63,576 bases of DNA, taken from Dendrobates tinctorius. Taxonomy: Eukaryota. Below, piece by piece: positions 50,974 to 62,839 of this stretch. Position 1 is the stretch's first letter, and every line of letters begins with the position of its first letter. Below the pieces are notes generated by a model that did no database searches, had not been told where the DNA came from, and saw only the letters and a program-made list of their open reading frames with translations. Made by a program: the position numbers and the translations under genes. Where the stretch lies: NCBI RefSeq assembly GCF_039654945.1, contig NW_027361696.1:425-64000 (forward strand). The letters run 5' to 3'.

Positions 50974-51072
50974 CTTATCATCAATCGTGTCGAACTTGGT
51001 GAGCACGATGCCATCGATGAGCCGTGGCTTCTCTGACAGCGAGTGATCGGCCAACGCCTTGTTAAACTTCAC
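50974..51072 (-). CDS. SRPRA: SRPRA exon 13 (VKFNKALADH...LTKFDTIDDK)
   Basis: TKFD G4 motif. ag/gtaaat boundaries. Confidence 0.97.
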
Positions 51073-51156
51073 CTATGATTATGAAGACAACACGTTGTTC
51101 CCCATGAAGCATCTCTGCCCCAGCGAGAGCCCAAACCCAACAATATGTCACCGCAC

Positions 51157-51320
51157 CAGCTGATCCACCGCCTCATTGCCCACTAAGGCTTCCCCAACAA
51201 AAAGGACGAGATCAGGCATGTTGACGGCGATGAGCTTGGCCAGCGCAGTCATCAGGGGAGCGTTGTCCTGCATGCGGCCGGCCGTGTCCACCAGCACCAC
51301 GTCATAACCCTGATTCCGAG
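51157..51320 (-). CDS. SRPRA: SRPRA exon 12 ([20 protein letters not shown]...AVDQL)
   Basis: DTAGR motif. ag/gt boundaries. Confidence 0.97.
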
Positions 51321-51468
51321 CTGCATGAAGACAAAGTAATCACAGAGGGTCTCATTCACCAGACAGCGCTGACCCCCAGAACAGCTGATCTGAGGAGCAT
51401 CAGAAATCCAGACCACCCCTGTAATGAATGAACCCCTCCTGTGCATCTCTCCTGCAGATGGTGCTCAC

Positions 51469-51682
51469 CATAAGATATGGCCTCCATGGCGATGCCAGCA
51501 GCGTCTTTGCCATAGCCCTTCTCATAGAGCTGCACCATGGAGCGGCCATTGTGCTTCTCAGGAGGGTGCAGGGAATTAAGGCGTTTTGTGTGAGTGCGCA
51601 GCTGCTCCACCGCCCCGGCGCGGAACGTGTCACATGCCGCAATCAGCACGTTATAACCGTTCTCTATCAGCCAGAAGGAAAT
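51469..51682 (-). CDS. SRPRA: SRPRA exon 11 (ISFWLIENGYNVLIAACDTFRAGAVEQL...)
   Basis: SRP GTPase DTFRAGA motif. ag/gtgagc boundaries. Confidence 0.97.
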
Positions 51683-51752
51683 CTGCAGCAGAAAAGACAA
51701 CATAAGTGAAAGTTGGAGAGAAGGAATGACCGGGAATCGCTCACTCACTTAC

Positions 51753-51925
51753 CTTGGCCAAGTTGGTGGATTTCCCCACTCCGTTGACCCCACAGAAAGT
51801 GATGACGTACGGACGACGCACGCGCTGCGACTCCATCACATCACGCAGCACATCCACACGGCGCTTTGGCTGCAAGATCTGCACCAGGGACTCCTGTAAA
51901 GCTTGTTTAACTGCAGACGTCACAG
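51753..51925 (-). CDS. SRPRA: SRPRA exon 10 (VTSAVKQALQESL...GVNGVGKSTNLAK)
   Basis: P-loop GVNGVGKST. ag/gtaagt boundaries. Confidence 0.97.
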
Positions 51926-51949
51926 CTGATGGGAAAAAAGAACAGCGGT

Positions 51950-52290
51950 GCACAGTGAGCGCAGCCCTGGGTAATAATACAGGATATGTATTGTATGTGA
52001 ACAGTGAATGCAGAGCTGGCATGTAATACAGGATCAGTAATGTACACAGTGACTGACTACACCAGCAAACTATTGAGTGCAGCTCTGGAGTATAATACAG
52101 GATGGAACTCAGGATCAGTAATGTAATGTATGTACACATTAACTGCACCAGCAGAATAGTGAGTGCAGCTATGGAGTATAATACAGGATGGAACTCAGGA
52201 TCAGTAATGTAATGTATGTACAGTACACAGTGACTGCACCAGCAGAATAGTGAGTGCAGCTCTGGAGTATAATACAGGATGTAACAGTCA
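51950..52290 (-). repeat. ~80-bp satellite-like repeat in SRPRA intron 9
   Basis: Reverse complement of the 25586/27261 unit. Confidence 0.85.
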
Positions 52291-52309
52291 GTATTGATAT
52301 AGGACTTAC

Positions 52310-52396
52310 TTGAGAAAGTTCCCATGACTTTCCCTTCCAGTCTCTTTGCCACTGACTCGCACAGCTGCACAGCAATGTCCGCTGCTACATTCTTGG
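52310..52396 (-). CDS. SRPRA: SRPRA exon 9 (AKNVAADIAVQLCESVAKRLEGKVMGTFS)
   Basis: cttgcag/gtaagt boundaries. Confidence 0.96.
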
Positions 52397-52517
52397 CTGC
52401 AAGAATAGCAAACATGTAAGAAATTTCTGATCTTTTGCCATTCAGAAAACCAGGAAAGAGGAGTGTCAGGAGCAGCTGGCCTCCATTATTCACCATGTAC
52501 TTTTATATCAGCCTCAC

Positions 52518-52636
52518 CTATGAGATGATCTTTCATCTTCTCCAGCACCGGCTCCATGTCAACCATGGTTAGACTTTTAGCCCCAACCAGACCCTTCAAC
52601 ATCCCAAACATCCCTCCAAAGCCGCTCTTCTTGGCA
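52518..52636 (-). CDS. SRPRA: SRPRA exon 8 (AKKSGFGGMFGMLKGLVGAKSL...KDHLI)
   Basis: ttcctag/gtgagg boundaries. Start of the conserved N domain. Confidence 0.95.
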
Positions 52637-52714
52637 CTAGGAAAAGAACCCAGTAGTGGTGAGAGCGCAGCACGGACCCACAGCCCTGACCAGTAGTACA
52701 GACAGGTGGTCTAC

Positions 52715-52836
52715 CTGGACCTGTCCACAGATGGAGTGGATTTAGTTTGGACAGTGGGGATGTCTTCCTCTTCTTCACTGCTGCTTTCATACTCCACATC
52801 TGGGGGGTTCCCTGACATGAAACCACTGCGAAATCT
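52715..52836 (-). CDS. SRPRA: SRPRA exon 7 (RFRSGFMSGNPPDVEYESSSEEEED...)
   Basis: tatttcag acceptor. Donor AG|gtagac, with an alternative in-frame donor 6 nt earlier at 52721. Confidence 0.8.
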
Positions 52837-53257
52837 CTGAAATACACATCATATGAACACTTCAAGGGAATGTCCAGGATCCGCCAAACATGGATGGACG
52901 CCTTCTTCCTGTCAACAAGTTGTGTCTGGCATTACACCTCATATCTATAGAGGTGAACGATGCAGAAATGTAATCCCACACACAAGCTGTAGTTTTTGGA
53001 AGAAGGCTGCCATGTTTTTCTGACCTTGCGCAAGTCCCTTCACCTGGGTGACCAATACTAATGGCTGCCATAACAGTAACCTTATAGACAAACAACATAC
53101 AATAGTAACAAACCTTCAGCTGTAAGAATCATAAAAAAACTTTCTTATTCTCGGAGATTTCTACTCATTCACTGCAAGGGGAGATCTTGTAAATGATGAG
53201 GAATAGAAGCATAGATTCCTATGTACAGCAACGGGATACAGTGGTGCCGAATCTTAC

Positions 53258-53414
53258 CAGCGTCTCGAGGTCCTCGTCCGGCGCGGCCCCCTCCTCCATG
53301 CTGCCGTTGGTGGTGGGTTTGCTGTAGTCTAGCTCTTTGGTGTTGGATGCGCCAAGCTCCCATACCCGTGGCTGCTTTCCTTTTTCCTTCTGAGCCTCCG
53401 GTTTTGGGGATTTG
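53258..53414 (-). CDS. SRPRA: SRPRA exon 6 (KSPKPEAQKEKGKQPRVWELG...LDYS..)
   Basis: ttttatag/gtaag boundaries. Conserved PRVWELG and LDYS. Confidence 0.93.
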
Positions 53415-53491
53415 CTATAAAAAATGGCTAAAACTGTCAGTACTCAGTGACAGGACCCAGCCCCCAGGATCCCTGTGCACTGTGTCCGCAC

Positions 53492-53642
53492 CTGGCCTTG
53501 TCCCCGGTCTTCATCTTCTTCTTGAAGAACTCCTCACGCTTCCGCTGCATGGTCTCCTCAGCGCTCAGCTCCTCCTTGTCCCCGGAGGACGGCAGCACAC
53601 TCACCTTCGGTTTATTGGAAGTGACGGCTTCTGGTGCAATAT
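53492..53642 (-). CDS. SRPRA: SRPRA exon 5 (..EELSAEETMQRKREEFFKKK..)
   Basis: ttttgcag/gtgcgg boundaries. RKREEF motif, phase consistent. Confidence 0.9.
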
Positions 53643-53666
53643 CTGCAAAACATAGCGGAGCTCAGT

Positions 53667-55837
53667 AATAATAATAACAATCTTTATTTATATAGCGCCA
53701 ACATATTCCGCAGCGCTTTACAGTTGAACAGATTCAAACACAACAGTCATAAGTAATAACGTTAACAATACAATAATTAAAGCGAAATAAGACGACCCTG
53801 CTCGTGGGAGCTTACAATCTACAATGAGGTGGGGGCAATACAAAGCACAGGTTTGTATTTACAATGATGTATTTACAAGGATGGTCCAGCCATCTTCAGG
53901 GGGTGGGGGATAGATGGAGAAAGTGAATGGGCTACACACACAAAAATAAAATGACTTTGATTACTGAATGTGATAGGCCGCTCTGAACAAATGTGTTTTG
54001 AGCGAGCGCCTAAATCTATGCAAATTGTGGATGGTCCTAATATTTTGGGGTAGAGCATTCCAGAGGATTGGCGCAGCACGGGAGAAGTCTTGGAGTCGGG
54101 AGTGGGAGGTATGGATTAGGGCAGAGGTTAGTCGAAAGTCATTTGCAGAGAGCAGTGGTCGGTTAGGCCGATAGACAGAAATGAGGGAGGAGATGTAAGG
54201 GGGTGCCGCACTGTGGATAGCTTTGTGGGTGAGAACAAGTACTTTGAATTGTATCCTGTAATGAATGGGCAGCCAGTGTAACGACTGGCAAAGAGCGGAC
54301 GCGCCGAGAAACGATTAGCCAGATGGACAACCCTGGCTGCTGCATTAAGGATGGACTGGAGAGGGGAGAGTCGAGTGAGGGGGGAGGCCAATTAATAGAG
54401 CGTTACAGTAGTCCAGGCGGGAGTGGATCAGGGCGACAGTGAGGGTTTTTGTTGTTTCCATGGTGAGAAAAGGGCGGATTCTAGAGATGTTCTTTAGGTG
54501 TAAGCGGCACGAGCGGGCAAGAGATTGTATATGGGAGGTGAAGGAGAGATCGGAGTCAAACATAACGCCCAGACAGCGCGCTTGCTGTCGGGGTGTTATT
54601 ATGGTGCCACCCACGGAGAGGGAAATGTCAGATTTAGGGAGGTTAGTAGATGGCGGGAGCAGAAGAAGTTCAGTTTTGGAGAGGTTGAGTTTCAGATAGA
54701 GAGCAGGCATGATGTTGGAGACTGCAGACAGACAGTCAGTGGCATTCTGTAGTACAACGGGGGTAAGGTCAGGGGATGATGTGTATAGTTGTGTGTCATC
54801 AGCATAAAGATGGTACTGAAAGCCAAATCTGCTGATGGTCTGTCCAATTGGGGCTGTGTAGAGAGAGGAGAAGGGGGCCATGAACTGAGCCCTGAGGTAC
54901 CCCGACAGTGAGAGGAAGAGGAGATGAAGTGGAGCCAGAGAACAGAACACTGAAGGAGCGGTCAGAAAGATAGGAGGAGAACCAGGAGAGAGCAGTGTCC
55001 TTAATGCCTAGTGACTGGAGCCTAGAGAGTAGGAGAGGGTGGTCAACAGTGTCGAAAGCTGCAGAAAGGTCGAGAAGAATGAGCAGAGAGTGGTTACCGT
55101 TACGTTTTGCTGTCAGAAGGTCACTGGTCACTTTGAGTGCAGTTTCTGTTGAATGTAGGTGGCGGAAACCGGACTGTGAAGGGTCTAAGAGGGAGTGAGT
55201 GGAGAGGTAACGGGTAAGGCGGGAGTATATCAGGCGCTCCAAGAGTTTAGAGATGAAGGGGAGATTGGAGACTGGTCTGAAGTTGTTTGTGCAGGATGGG
55301 TCGAGGGTGGGTTTCTTTAGTAATGGGGTAATGATAGAGTGTTTGAAGGAGGAGGGGAAAATGCCAGAGGAGAGGGAGAGATTAAAAATTGTAGTTAGGC
55401 GAGTTGTGAGGACTGGAGAGAGAGACTGGAGGAGATGTGAGGGAATGGGGTCGGTTGTGCATGTAGTCGGACGAGAAGAGGAGAGGAGCCTGGAGACGAC
55501 TTCTTCTGTGATGGGATCGAATGTGGAGAGTGAGCCAGGGGAAATGCAGGGAGGGATGGGAGTCACTGAACTTGGCGATTGGGAGCGGATTTCCTGGCGG
55601 ATAATGTCTATTTTCTCTATAAAGTGGGAGGCCAGGTCATCAGCACAAATGTCTGTGATAGGGGCTTGTGCTTTTGGCTTGAGGAGGGAGTGAAAGGTGT
55701 CAAAAAGTTTCTTGGGGTTGTTGAATAGTGAGATCAGGGTGGTGAAGTAGGTCTGTTTGGCGAGGTGAAGGGCACAGTTATATGTCCTTAACATAAATTT
55801 GAAGTGTATGAAGTCTTCTGGTGTGCGTGTTTTCCTC
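53667..55837 (-). mobile_element. 5'-truncated L2 LINE
   Basis: [48 protein letters not shown] and SRLDYCN motifs. (AAT)n tail. Confidence 0.95.
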
Positions 55838-56006
55838 CAGTAAATGGAGAACAGGCAGATGAGCCCCCCAAGGCCCTATGGATGCCCCTGATGTGTGAGG
55901 TCTGTGGGGTCCACACAAGTCCCGGCCCCCACATATCAGCCAGACACCACATAATACACACGTATTCTCCGTCCAGGACACTGCAGGGTTAACGCTCGGC
56001 ACTCAC

Positions 56007-56161
56007 TCTCTTTCTTAGAAGACTTGCTCTTCTTATGATTTTCCTTCACTTTTTCTCCCGGCTTTTCAATCATGGACTTCACCGTCTTCTTGGACTTCTC
56101 GGACTGTTTGAAGGTCTTCATGGCGGCAGGCGCTCGAGCTCGGCTACTCTCCTCCGCTGCC
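56007..56161 (-). CDS. SRPRA: SRPRA exon 4 (AAEESSRARAPAAMKTFKQSEKSKK...KKE)
   Basis: ag/gtgagt boundaries. Matches the charged linker. Confidence 0.93.
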
Positions 56162-56272
56162 CTGTACGACAGACACAAGTCAGCTCAGGATCACAAATCC
56201 CCACAAAACAGCCCATGGATAATCCAAGACACCTCCATACTGAGGTCGGGCTACACCCTGTCACCCACCAAC

Positions 56273-56436
56273 CTGAGAAGGAAGTCAAAATCATCCTGAA
56301 AATCGAAAGAGCCGCTTAATAAACCCAGCGTGCCGTTCTGCTGGATCTGATTGCGATACTTATCCCGGAATTCTTTATGGACGTCGTCTATTAACTTGTC
56401 CACATACGTCAGCGTTAAAATCTTCTGGTATCCGAC
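56273..56436 (-). CDS. SRPRA: SRPRA exon 3 (VGYQKILTLTYVDKLIDDVHKEFRDKY...)
   Basis: ag/gt boundaries, 164 nt, frame consistent. Confidence 0.96.
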
Positions 56437-56655
56437 CTATGGGGACAGGAGACGGATGAAGAGGTGACACACAAGGGTTAAAGTGCAGGACGTTCCCCTC
56501 CTCATCGGCTGGTCATGCTGTGATCAGACCCATATTGAGCAGTCCCATGCCCCGCTCCATCCATCCATAGATTAGGAGACTCAGGCTGAGGGAGGACACA
56601 GAATAACTTGGGATATGTATCAGCGCACTGGCCACCGCCACAATACATGTCTTAC

Positions 56656-56739
56656 CACGAACACCAACTCAAACTGATTGTCCAGCTTGTACTTCAGGGT
56701 GAGGGAGTCATGGTTGTAGCAGTTGCTGCCGCCTCGCTC
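56656..56739 (-). CDS. SRPRA: SRPRA exon 2 (ERGGSNCYNHDSLTLKYKLDNQFELVFV)
   Basis: ag/gtaag boundaries, 84 nt, conserved sequence. Confidence 0.96.
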
Positions 56740-57189
56740 CTACAGAGACAACACAGACAATGATGAGAGCAGTGAGCCACACCCTTGACAAACCGCAGTG
56801 TTATAGCTCCCAGGTCCGATCCAGCTGCACAGCACCTGGACAGGATGCCTCAAAAGTGCCAGTGGAGCCTCAGTGAACCCCAGAATATTGACCCAACGGT
56901 CACAAGATCCCATGACCTGCAACATCCCAATATTAGAAGAACATGATGGGGGACTCGGGGGGGGGGGGGGGGGTCACAGAATATAGTAGAGAGGAAACAA
57001 TCAATCGTACATCACCCCTCTCCCCACATCAGGTCCCGCAGTAATACAATCATGTCATCTCTGTACTGAACCCCCCAGACTAACAGTACAAAACCCAACA
57101 CCACCGTGCCACTCACGCTTGGGCCCCTAAAAAAACCAAAGCAAGAGCTGCACCATAGATGTCGGCATATGGAGTTCAAACCTTACAGC

Positions 57190-59440
57190 AGTAGGACACC
57201 CTGGGAATCGCTGGCCTCCTCCCAGTCACTCTCATCCCCTCCGGTCACTCCTACCTCGGGAATCACTGCACCACTTGGTCACCTCCCCATACCTCGGGAC
57301 TCAATACACCCCCTCCTGGTCACCACGCCTACTCCCAGGGACTCACTGCGCCCCCTCCCGGTCGTCCCCCCAAGAATCACTGAGCCCCCTCCCGGTTAAC
57401 GTTCCTAAACCCTGAGAATCACTGCGCCCCTTCATGGTCACTCTTCCCACTCCCTCATCTCCAAGAAGCACTGCGCCACCCCCGGTCACCTCCCTACACC
57501 CTGGAAATCACTGCGGCACCCCCGGTCACCTCCCTACACCCTGGAAATCACTGCGCCCCTTCATGGTCACTCTTCCCACTCCCTCATCTCCAAGAAGCAC
57601 TGCGCCACCCCCGGTCACCTCCCTACACCCTGGAAATCACTGAGCCCCTTCACTTTCAATCCTCCTGCCCCCTCATCTCCGAGAAGCACTGCGCCACCCC
57701 CGGTCACTTCCCTACACCCTGGGAAACACTGCCCCCCTCCACTCAAACCACCACCACACCAAACACAGTCACCCCGCCCCTACACCCCGGGAATCACTGC
57801 ACCCACTCCCGGTCACGCGCCCTGGGAATCCCTTCGCCCCCTCCCGGTCACCTCCCCACACCCTGGGAATTACTGCACCCCTTCATGGCCACTCCCCTCA
57901 CCCCCTCATCCGAGGGAAGCACTGCGACACCCCCCCACCCACACAGTCACCTCCCTCCCACTCCGGGACTCACTGTGCCCCCACCATGTCATCTCCTTAC
58001 ACCCCGGGAATCACTGCACCCCCTCACACCCTGTGAATCACTACTCCCCCCATCCCATGTCATCTCCTCACAGCCCGGGAATCACTGCTACCGGTCACCT
58101 CCTTACATCCCGAGAATCACTGTGCCCCCCAGTCACCTCCTTACACCCCCTGGTAATCACTGATCCCCCTCCCGGTCACCTCCTTACACCCCAAGATTTA
58201 CCGAATGCCCCCTCCGGTCACTTTCTTACACCCCGGGAATCAATGGTCATCTCCTTACAACATGAAAATCATTGTGAGACCCCCGCTCTCCATCACTTCC
58301 CTACAGCCCAGAGAATCACTGTTCCCCCAACCCTGGAATCAGTATGCCCCCTCCCAGTCACCTCCGCACACCACAAGAATCACTGTTCCCCCTCCCCACA
58401 CCCTGGGAATCACTGCTCCAACTGCCAGTCACGTCCCGAAGCCCTGGGAATTATTGCGCCTGCCCCTCGGTAACCTCCTCACACCCCAAGAATAATTGCT
58501 CCCCCTCCGAGTCTCCTCCTTACTCCCCTAGAATCACTGATCCTCCCACCTCAGTCACTTGCTCACACCCAGGAATCACTGTGCATCCCAGCTCGGTCAC
58601 CTCCTTACACCCCAGGAATCACTGAACCCCCTCCCGGTCACCTCCTCACACCCCTGGAATCACTGCGACTCCCACCTCGGTCACCTCAATACACCCCAGA
58701 AATCACTGTGCCTTACTCCTTACATCCTGGGAATCACTGCGCCTTCCACTCCGGTCACCTTCTCCCACCCCAGGAACCACAGCTCTCCCGCCCATTCACC
58801 TTCATACACCCCGGGAATCACTACTTTCCCTCCCAGTCACCTCCTTACACCCCGGGAATCACTGCTCTCCCTCCCAGCCACCTCCGTACACCCTGGGAAT
58901 CACTGAGCCTCCCCGGTCACCTCCTTAAACCACAGGAATCACTGCGCCTTCCACCCCGGTCACCTCCTTACACCGCAGGAAATCACTGCTCACCCTCCAG
59001 GTCCCCTCCTCACTCCGCGAGAATCACTACTCCCCCTCCTGGTCACCTCCTTACACCCCGGAATCACTGCGTCCCCCCCCTTACACCCCGGGAATCACTG
59101 GACCTCCCACCTCTGTCACCTCTTTACACCCCAGGAATCACTGCATCCCCTTTTGATCACCTCCTTACACCGTGGGAATCACTGCTTCTCCTCCCAGTCA
59201 CTTCCTTACACCCCAGGAACCACTGCGCCTCCCACCCGTTACCTCCTTACACCCCAGGATTCACTACTCCCCCTCCTGGTCACCTCCTCCTACCCCAGTC
59301 ACCTCCTTACACCAAAGGAATCACTGCTACTCCCACGCCAGGCACCTCTTTGCTCCTCAGGAATCACTGTGCTCCCGGTCACCTCCTTACACCCAGGGAA
59401 CCAATGTGCTCCCTCCACAGCCCGGGAATCACTGCACCCT
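57190..59440. repeat. 2.2-kb C-rich ~42-bp minisatellite in SRPRA intron 1
   Basis: Unit ccccgggaatcactgc...ctcccggtcacctccttaca. Confidence 0.92.
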
Positions 59441-59663
59441 AGTAGCAGCTGGAAAATGAGGGTCACCCCCCACCCATATGCCATGCACCCCAATACCACA
59501 GTCCTGAGGTCTATGCCTGTGGATGTCACCACCCCCGGATACTCCACGTTAATTCATCAGCACCCCAGAACGTCTTCTCCGGAAGCCCAATGTCGGATCC
59601 CCCTGTGGGACCCGACAACAGGAGCGCTGACATCTCAGGCCCCGCAGCGCCCCCGGCGGTCAC

Positions 59664-59780
59664 CTGAAGGATGACGGAGCGCAGAAGCGCATTCACTGGG
59701 CCGCTGATGGAGCCGCGCACCCCCTGGAAGCACCAGAGCACGATGCCCCCTTTGCTGAAGATTGTGAAGAAGTCCAACAT
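59664..59780 (-). CDS. SRPRA: SRPRA exon 1 (MLDFFTIFSKGGIVLWCFQG...SVILQ)
   Basis: Diagnostic SR-alpha N-terminus (SRX/longin domain). CAG|gtgacc donor. Confidence 0.97.
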
Positions 59781-60075
59781 GTTTCTCTGTCCGCGCTGCG
59801 CTGCGCACGTCACTCACAGCCCCGGGACACGTCAGAGAAACACCGGGAAAAGTGTCGCTTCCGCTCGTACCGGAAAAGGCGGGCACTCAGCCTTTCAGCG
59901 TATCACCCACCGTCATCTTTCTACACCCATCGTCTGACCCGCGCGCCCTCTGGAGGAGACTGTGATATTTCCCTGCGCTGCTCTGATTGGCTGTCGGCAC
60001 GACGCTCCCTGATGATGTCACGGAATGTGAAAGTTCTCTATCGGCTGTGTGGTGGTCAGGCACTGGAGGAGAGCT
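59781..60075. promoter_or_regulatory. Bidirectional CpG-rich promoter/5' UTR region between SRPRA and FOXRED1
   Basis: 295 bp between divergent ATGs, CpG-rich. ATTGG (CCAAT) at 59986-59990, two TGACGTG motifs on the minus strand (59806-59812, 59828-59834), and ETS-like CCGGAA motifs. Confidence 0.75.
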
Positions 60076-60214
60076 ATGAGTGTGAGCAGGTTGTGCAGGA
60101 TGGGAGCGCTGCGGCAGCTGAACCGCGGGGGCCCTGCCCTGGGGGCCACTGCAGCCGCACGCAGGGGCTTCAGGACATCCGCAGCTTTACTGAAGGAGGA
60201 TGACTTCACCAAAA
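60076..60214 (+). CDS. FOXRED1: FOXRED1 first coding exon (mitochondrial presequence MSVSRLCRMGALRQLNRGG...RRGFRTSAALLKEDDFTK)
   Basis: Arg-rich presequence with an RGFRTS cleavage-type motif and AAAA|gtaagt donor. Gene identity rests mainly on the known head-to-head SRPRA/FOXRED1 synteny. Confidence 0.75.
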
Positions 60215-60293
60215 GTAAGTGACCCCCCCAATATTGATATATCTATAGTGTGTGAGCTATGACTGCAGTGATGCACCATCCTGTATGTATATA

Positions 60294-62711
60294 CAGTACA
60301 GACCAAAAGTTTGGACACACCTTCTCCTTCAAAGAGTTTTCTTTATTTTCATGACTATGAGAATTGTAGATTCACTCTGAAGGCATCAAAACTATGAATT
60401 AACACGTGGAATTAATTAACAAAAAAGTGTGAAACAACTGAAAATATGTCTTATATTCTAGGTTCTTCAAAGTAGCCACCTTTTGCTTTGATTACTGCTT
60501 TGCACACTCTTGGCATTCTCTTGATGAGCTTCAAGAGGTAGTCACCGGAAATTATTATTATTATTTATTTATAAAGCACCATTGATTCCATGGTGCTGTA
60601 CATGAGAAGGGGTTACATACAAATTACAGATATCAATTACAGTAAACAAACTAACAATGACAGACTGATATAGAGGGGAGAGAGGACCCTGCCCTTTCGG
60701 GCTTACATGCTACAGGATGGTGGGGAAGGAGACAGTAGGTTGGGGGGTTGCAGCAGCTCCAGTGATGGTGAGGCAGTTGCTCCAGTAGTGGTGAGGAGGC
60801 AGCGGGGATCATTGCAGGCTGTAGGCTTTCCTGAAGAGATGGGTTTTCAGGTTCCGTCTGAAGGATCCGAATGTGGTTGATAGTCGGACATGTTGGGGCA
60901 AAGAATTCCAGAGAATGGGGGCTATTCGGGAGAAGTCTTGCAGGCGGTTGGGTGAGGAGCGAATAAGTGTGGAGGAGAGAAGGAGGTTTTGGGAGGACCG
61001 GAGATTAGTTCAGAGACATATGGGTGAGACAGGTTACAGATGGCCTTGTAGGTCAGTATTAGTAATTTGAACTGGATACGCTGAGGGAATGGGAGCCAGT
61101 GAAGAGATTTGCAGAGGGGAGAAGCGGAGGAGTAGCGAGGAGAGAGATGAATTAGTCGGGCGGCAGAGTTGAGGATGGACTGGAGAGGTGCAAGGGTGTT
61201 AGCAGGGAGGCCACAGAAAAGAATGTTGCCATAGTCGAGGCGGGAGATGATGAGGGCATGCACAAGTAGTTTAGTAGATTAAGGGTTGAGGAAGGGACGG
61301 ATTCTGGGAATATTTTTGAGCTGGAGGCGACAAGAGGTGGAGAGAGCTTGGATGTGTGGTTTGAAGGACAGGGCAGAGTCAAGGGTTTTCACTTCACAGG
61401 TGTGCCCTGTCAGGTTTAATAAGTGGGATTTCTTGCCTTATAAATGGGGTTGGAACCATCAGTTGTGTTGTGTAGAAGTCTGGTGGATACACAGCTGATA
61501 GTCCTACTGAATAGATTGTTAGAATTTGTATTATGGCAAGAAAAAAGCAGCTAAGTAAAGAAAAACTTTAGTCAATCAGTGCGAAAAATTGGGAAAACTT
61601 TGAAAGTGTCCCCAAGTGCATTGGCATAAACCATCAAGTGCTACAAAGAAACTGTCTCACATGAGGACCGCCCCAGGAAAGGAAGACCAAGAGTCACTTC
61701 TGCTGCGGAGGATAAGTTCATCCGAGTCACCAGCCTCAGAAATCGCAGGTTAACAGCAGCTCAGATTAGAGACCAGGTCAATGCCACACAGCGTTCTAGC
61801 AGCAGACACATCTCTACAACAACTGTTAAGAGGAGACTTTGTGCAGCAGGCCTTCATGGTAAAATAGCTGCTAGGAAACCACTGCTAAGGACAGGCAACA
61901 AGCAGAAGAGACTTGTTTGGGCTAAAGAACACACGGAATGGAAATTAGACCAGTGGAAATCTGTGCTTTGGTCTGATGAGTCCAAATTTGAGATCTTTGG
62001 TTCCAACCACCGTGTCTTTGTGCAACGCAGAAAAGGTGAATGGATGGACTCTACATGCCTGGTTCCCACCGTGAAGCATGGAGGAGGAGGTGTGATGGTG
62101 TAGGGGTGCTTTGCTGGTGACACTGTTGGGGATTTATTCAAAATTGAAGGCATACTGAACCAGCATGGCTACCACAGCATCTTGCAGCGGCATGCTATTC
62201 CATCCGGCTTGCATTTAGTTGGACCATCATTTATTTTTCAACAGGACAATGACCCCAAACACACTTCCAGGCTGTGTAAGGGCTATTTGACCAAGAGGAA
62301 GAGTGATGAGGTGCTACGCCAGATGACCTGGCCTCCACAGTCACCAGACCTGAACCCAATCGAGATGGTTTGGTGTGAGCTGGACTGCAGAGTGAAGGCA
62401 AAAGGGCCAACAAGTGCTAAACATCTCTGGGAACTCCTTCAAGACTGTTGGAAGACCATTTCCGGTGACTACCTCTTGAAGCTCATCAAGAGAATGCCAA
62501 GAGTGTGCAAAGCAGTAATCAAAGCAAAAGGTGGCTACTTTGAAGAACCTAGCATATAAAACATACAGTATTTTCAGTTGTTTCACACTTTTTTGTTAAT
62601 TATATAATTCCACATGTGTTAATTCATAGTTACGATGCCTTCAGAGTGAATCTACAATTTTCATGGTCATGAAAATAAAGAAAACTCTTTGAATGAGAAG
62701 GTGTGTTCAAA
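60294..62711 (+). mobile_element. DD38E (Intruder-type) Tc1 transposon, degenerate, right end cut by the gap
   Basis: TA|cagtacagaccaaaagtttggacac with ~250-bp TIRs. Transposase 61533-62559 has WSDESKFE, and QQDNDPKH...SPDLNPIE with 38-residue spacing. Contains stops and a deletion. Confidence 0.9.
60551..61383 (-). mobile_element. L2 3' fragment inserted in the DD38E element
   Basis: HALIISRLDYGN...LHWLP..RIQFK motifs and an (ATT)n tail. Confidence 0.9.
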
Positions 62712-62839
62712 NNNNNNNNNNNNNNNNNNNNNNNNNNNNNNNNNNNNNNNNNNNNNNNNNNNNNNNNNNNNNNNNNNNNNNNNNNNNNNNNNNNNNNNNN
62801 NNNNNNNNNNNNNNNNNNNNNNNNNNNNNNNNNNNNNNN
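62712..62839. other. Assembly gap (128 N)
   Basis: Run of N. Confidence 1.

Noticed and set aside
51741-52496. 251-aa ORF as a single SRPRA exon
   Set aside because: It joins exons 9 and 10 through an intron made of the 80-bp repeat, with canonical splice sites at 52310 and 51925. The open frame appears incidental.
60012-60203. 63-aa ORF as the FOXRED1 start
   Set aside because: It stops before the donor. The frame from 60076 gives a mitochondrial presequence and reaches the gtaagt donor.
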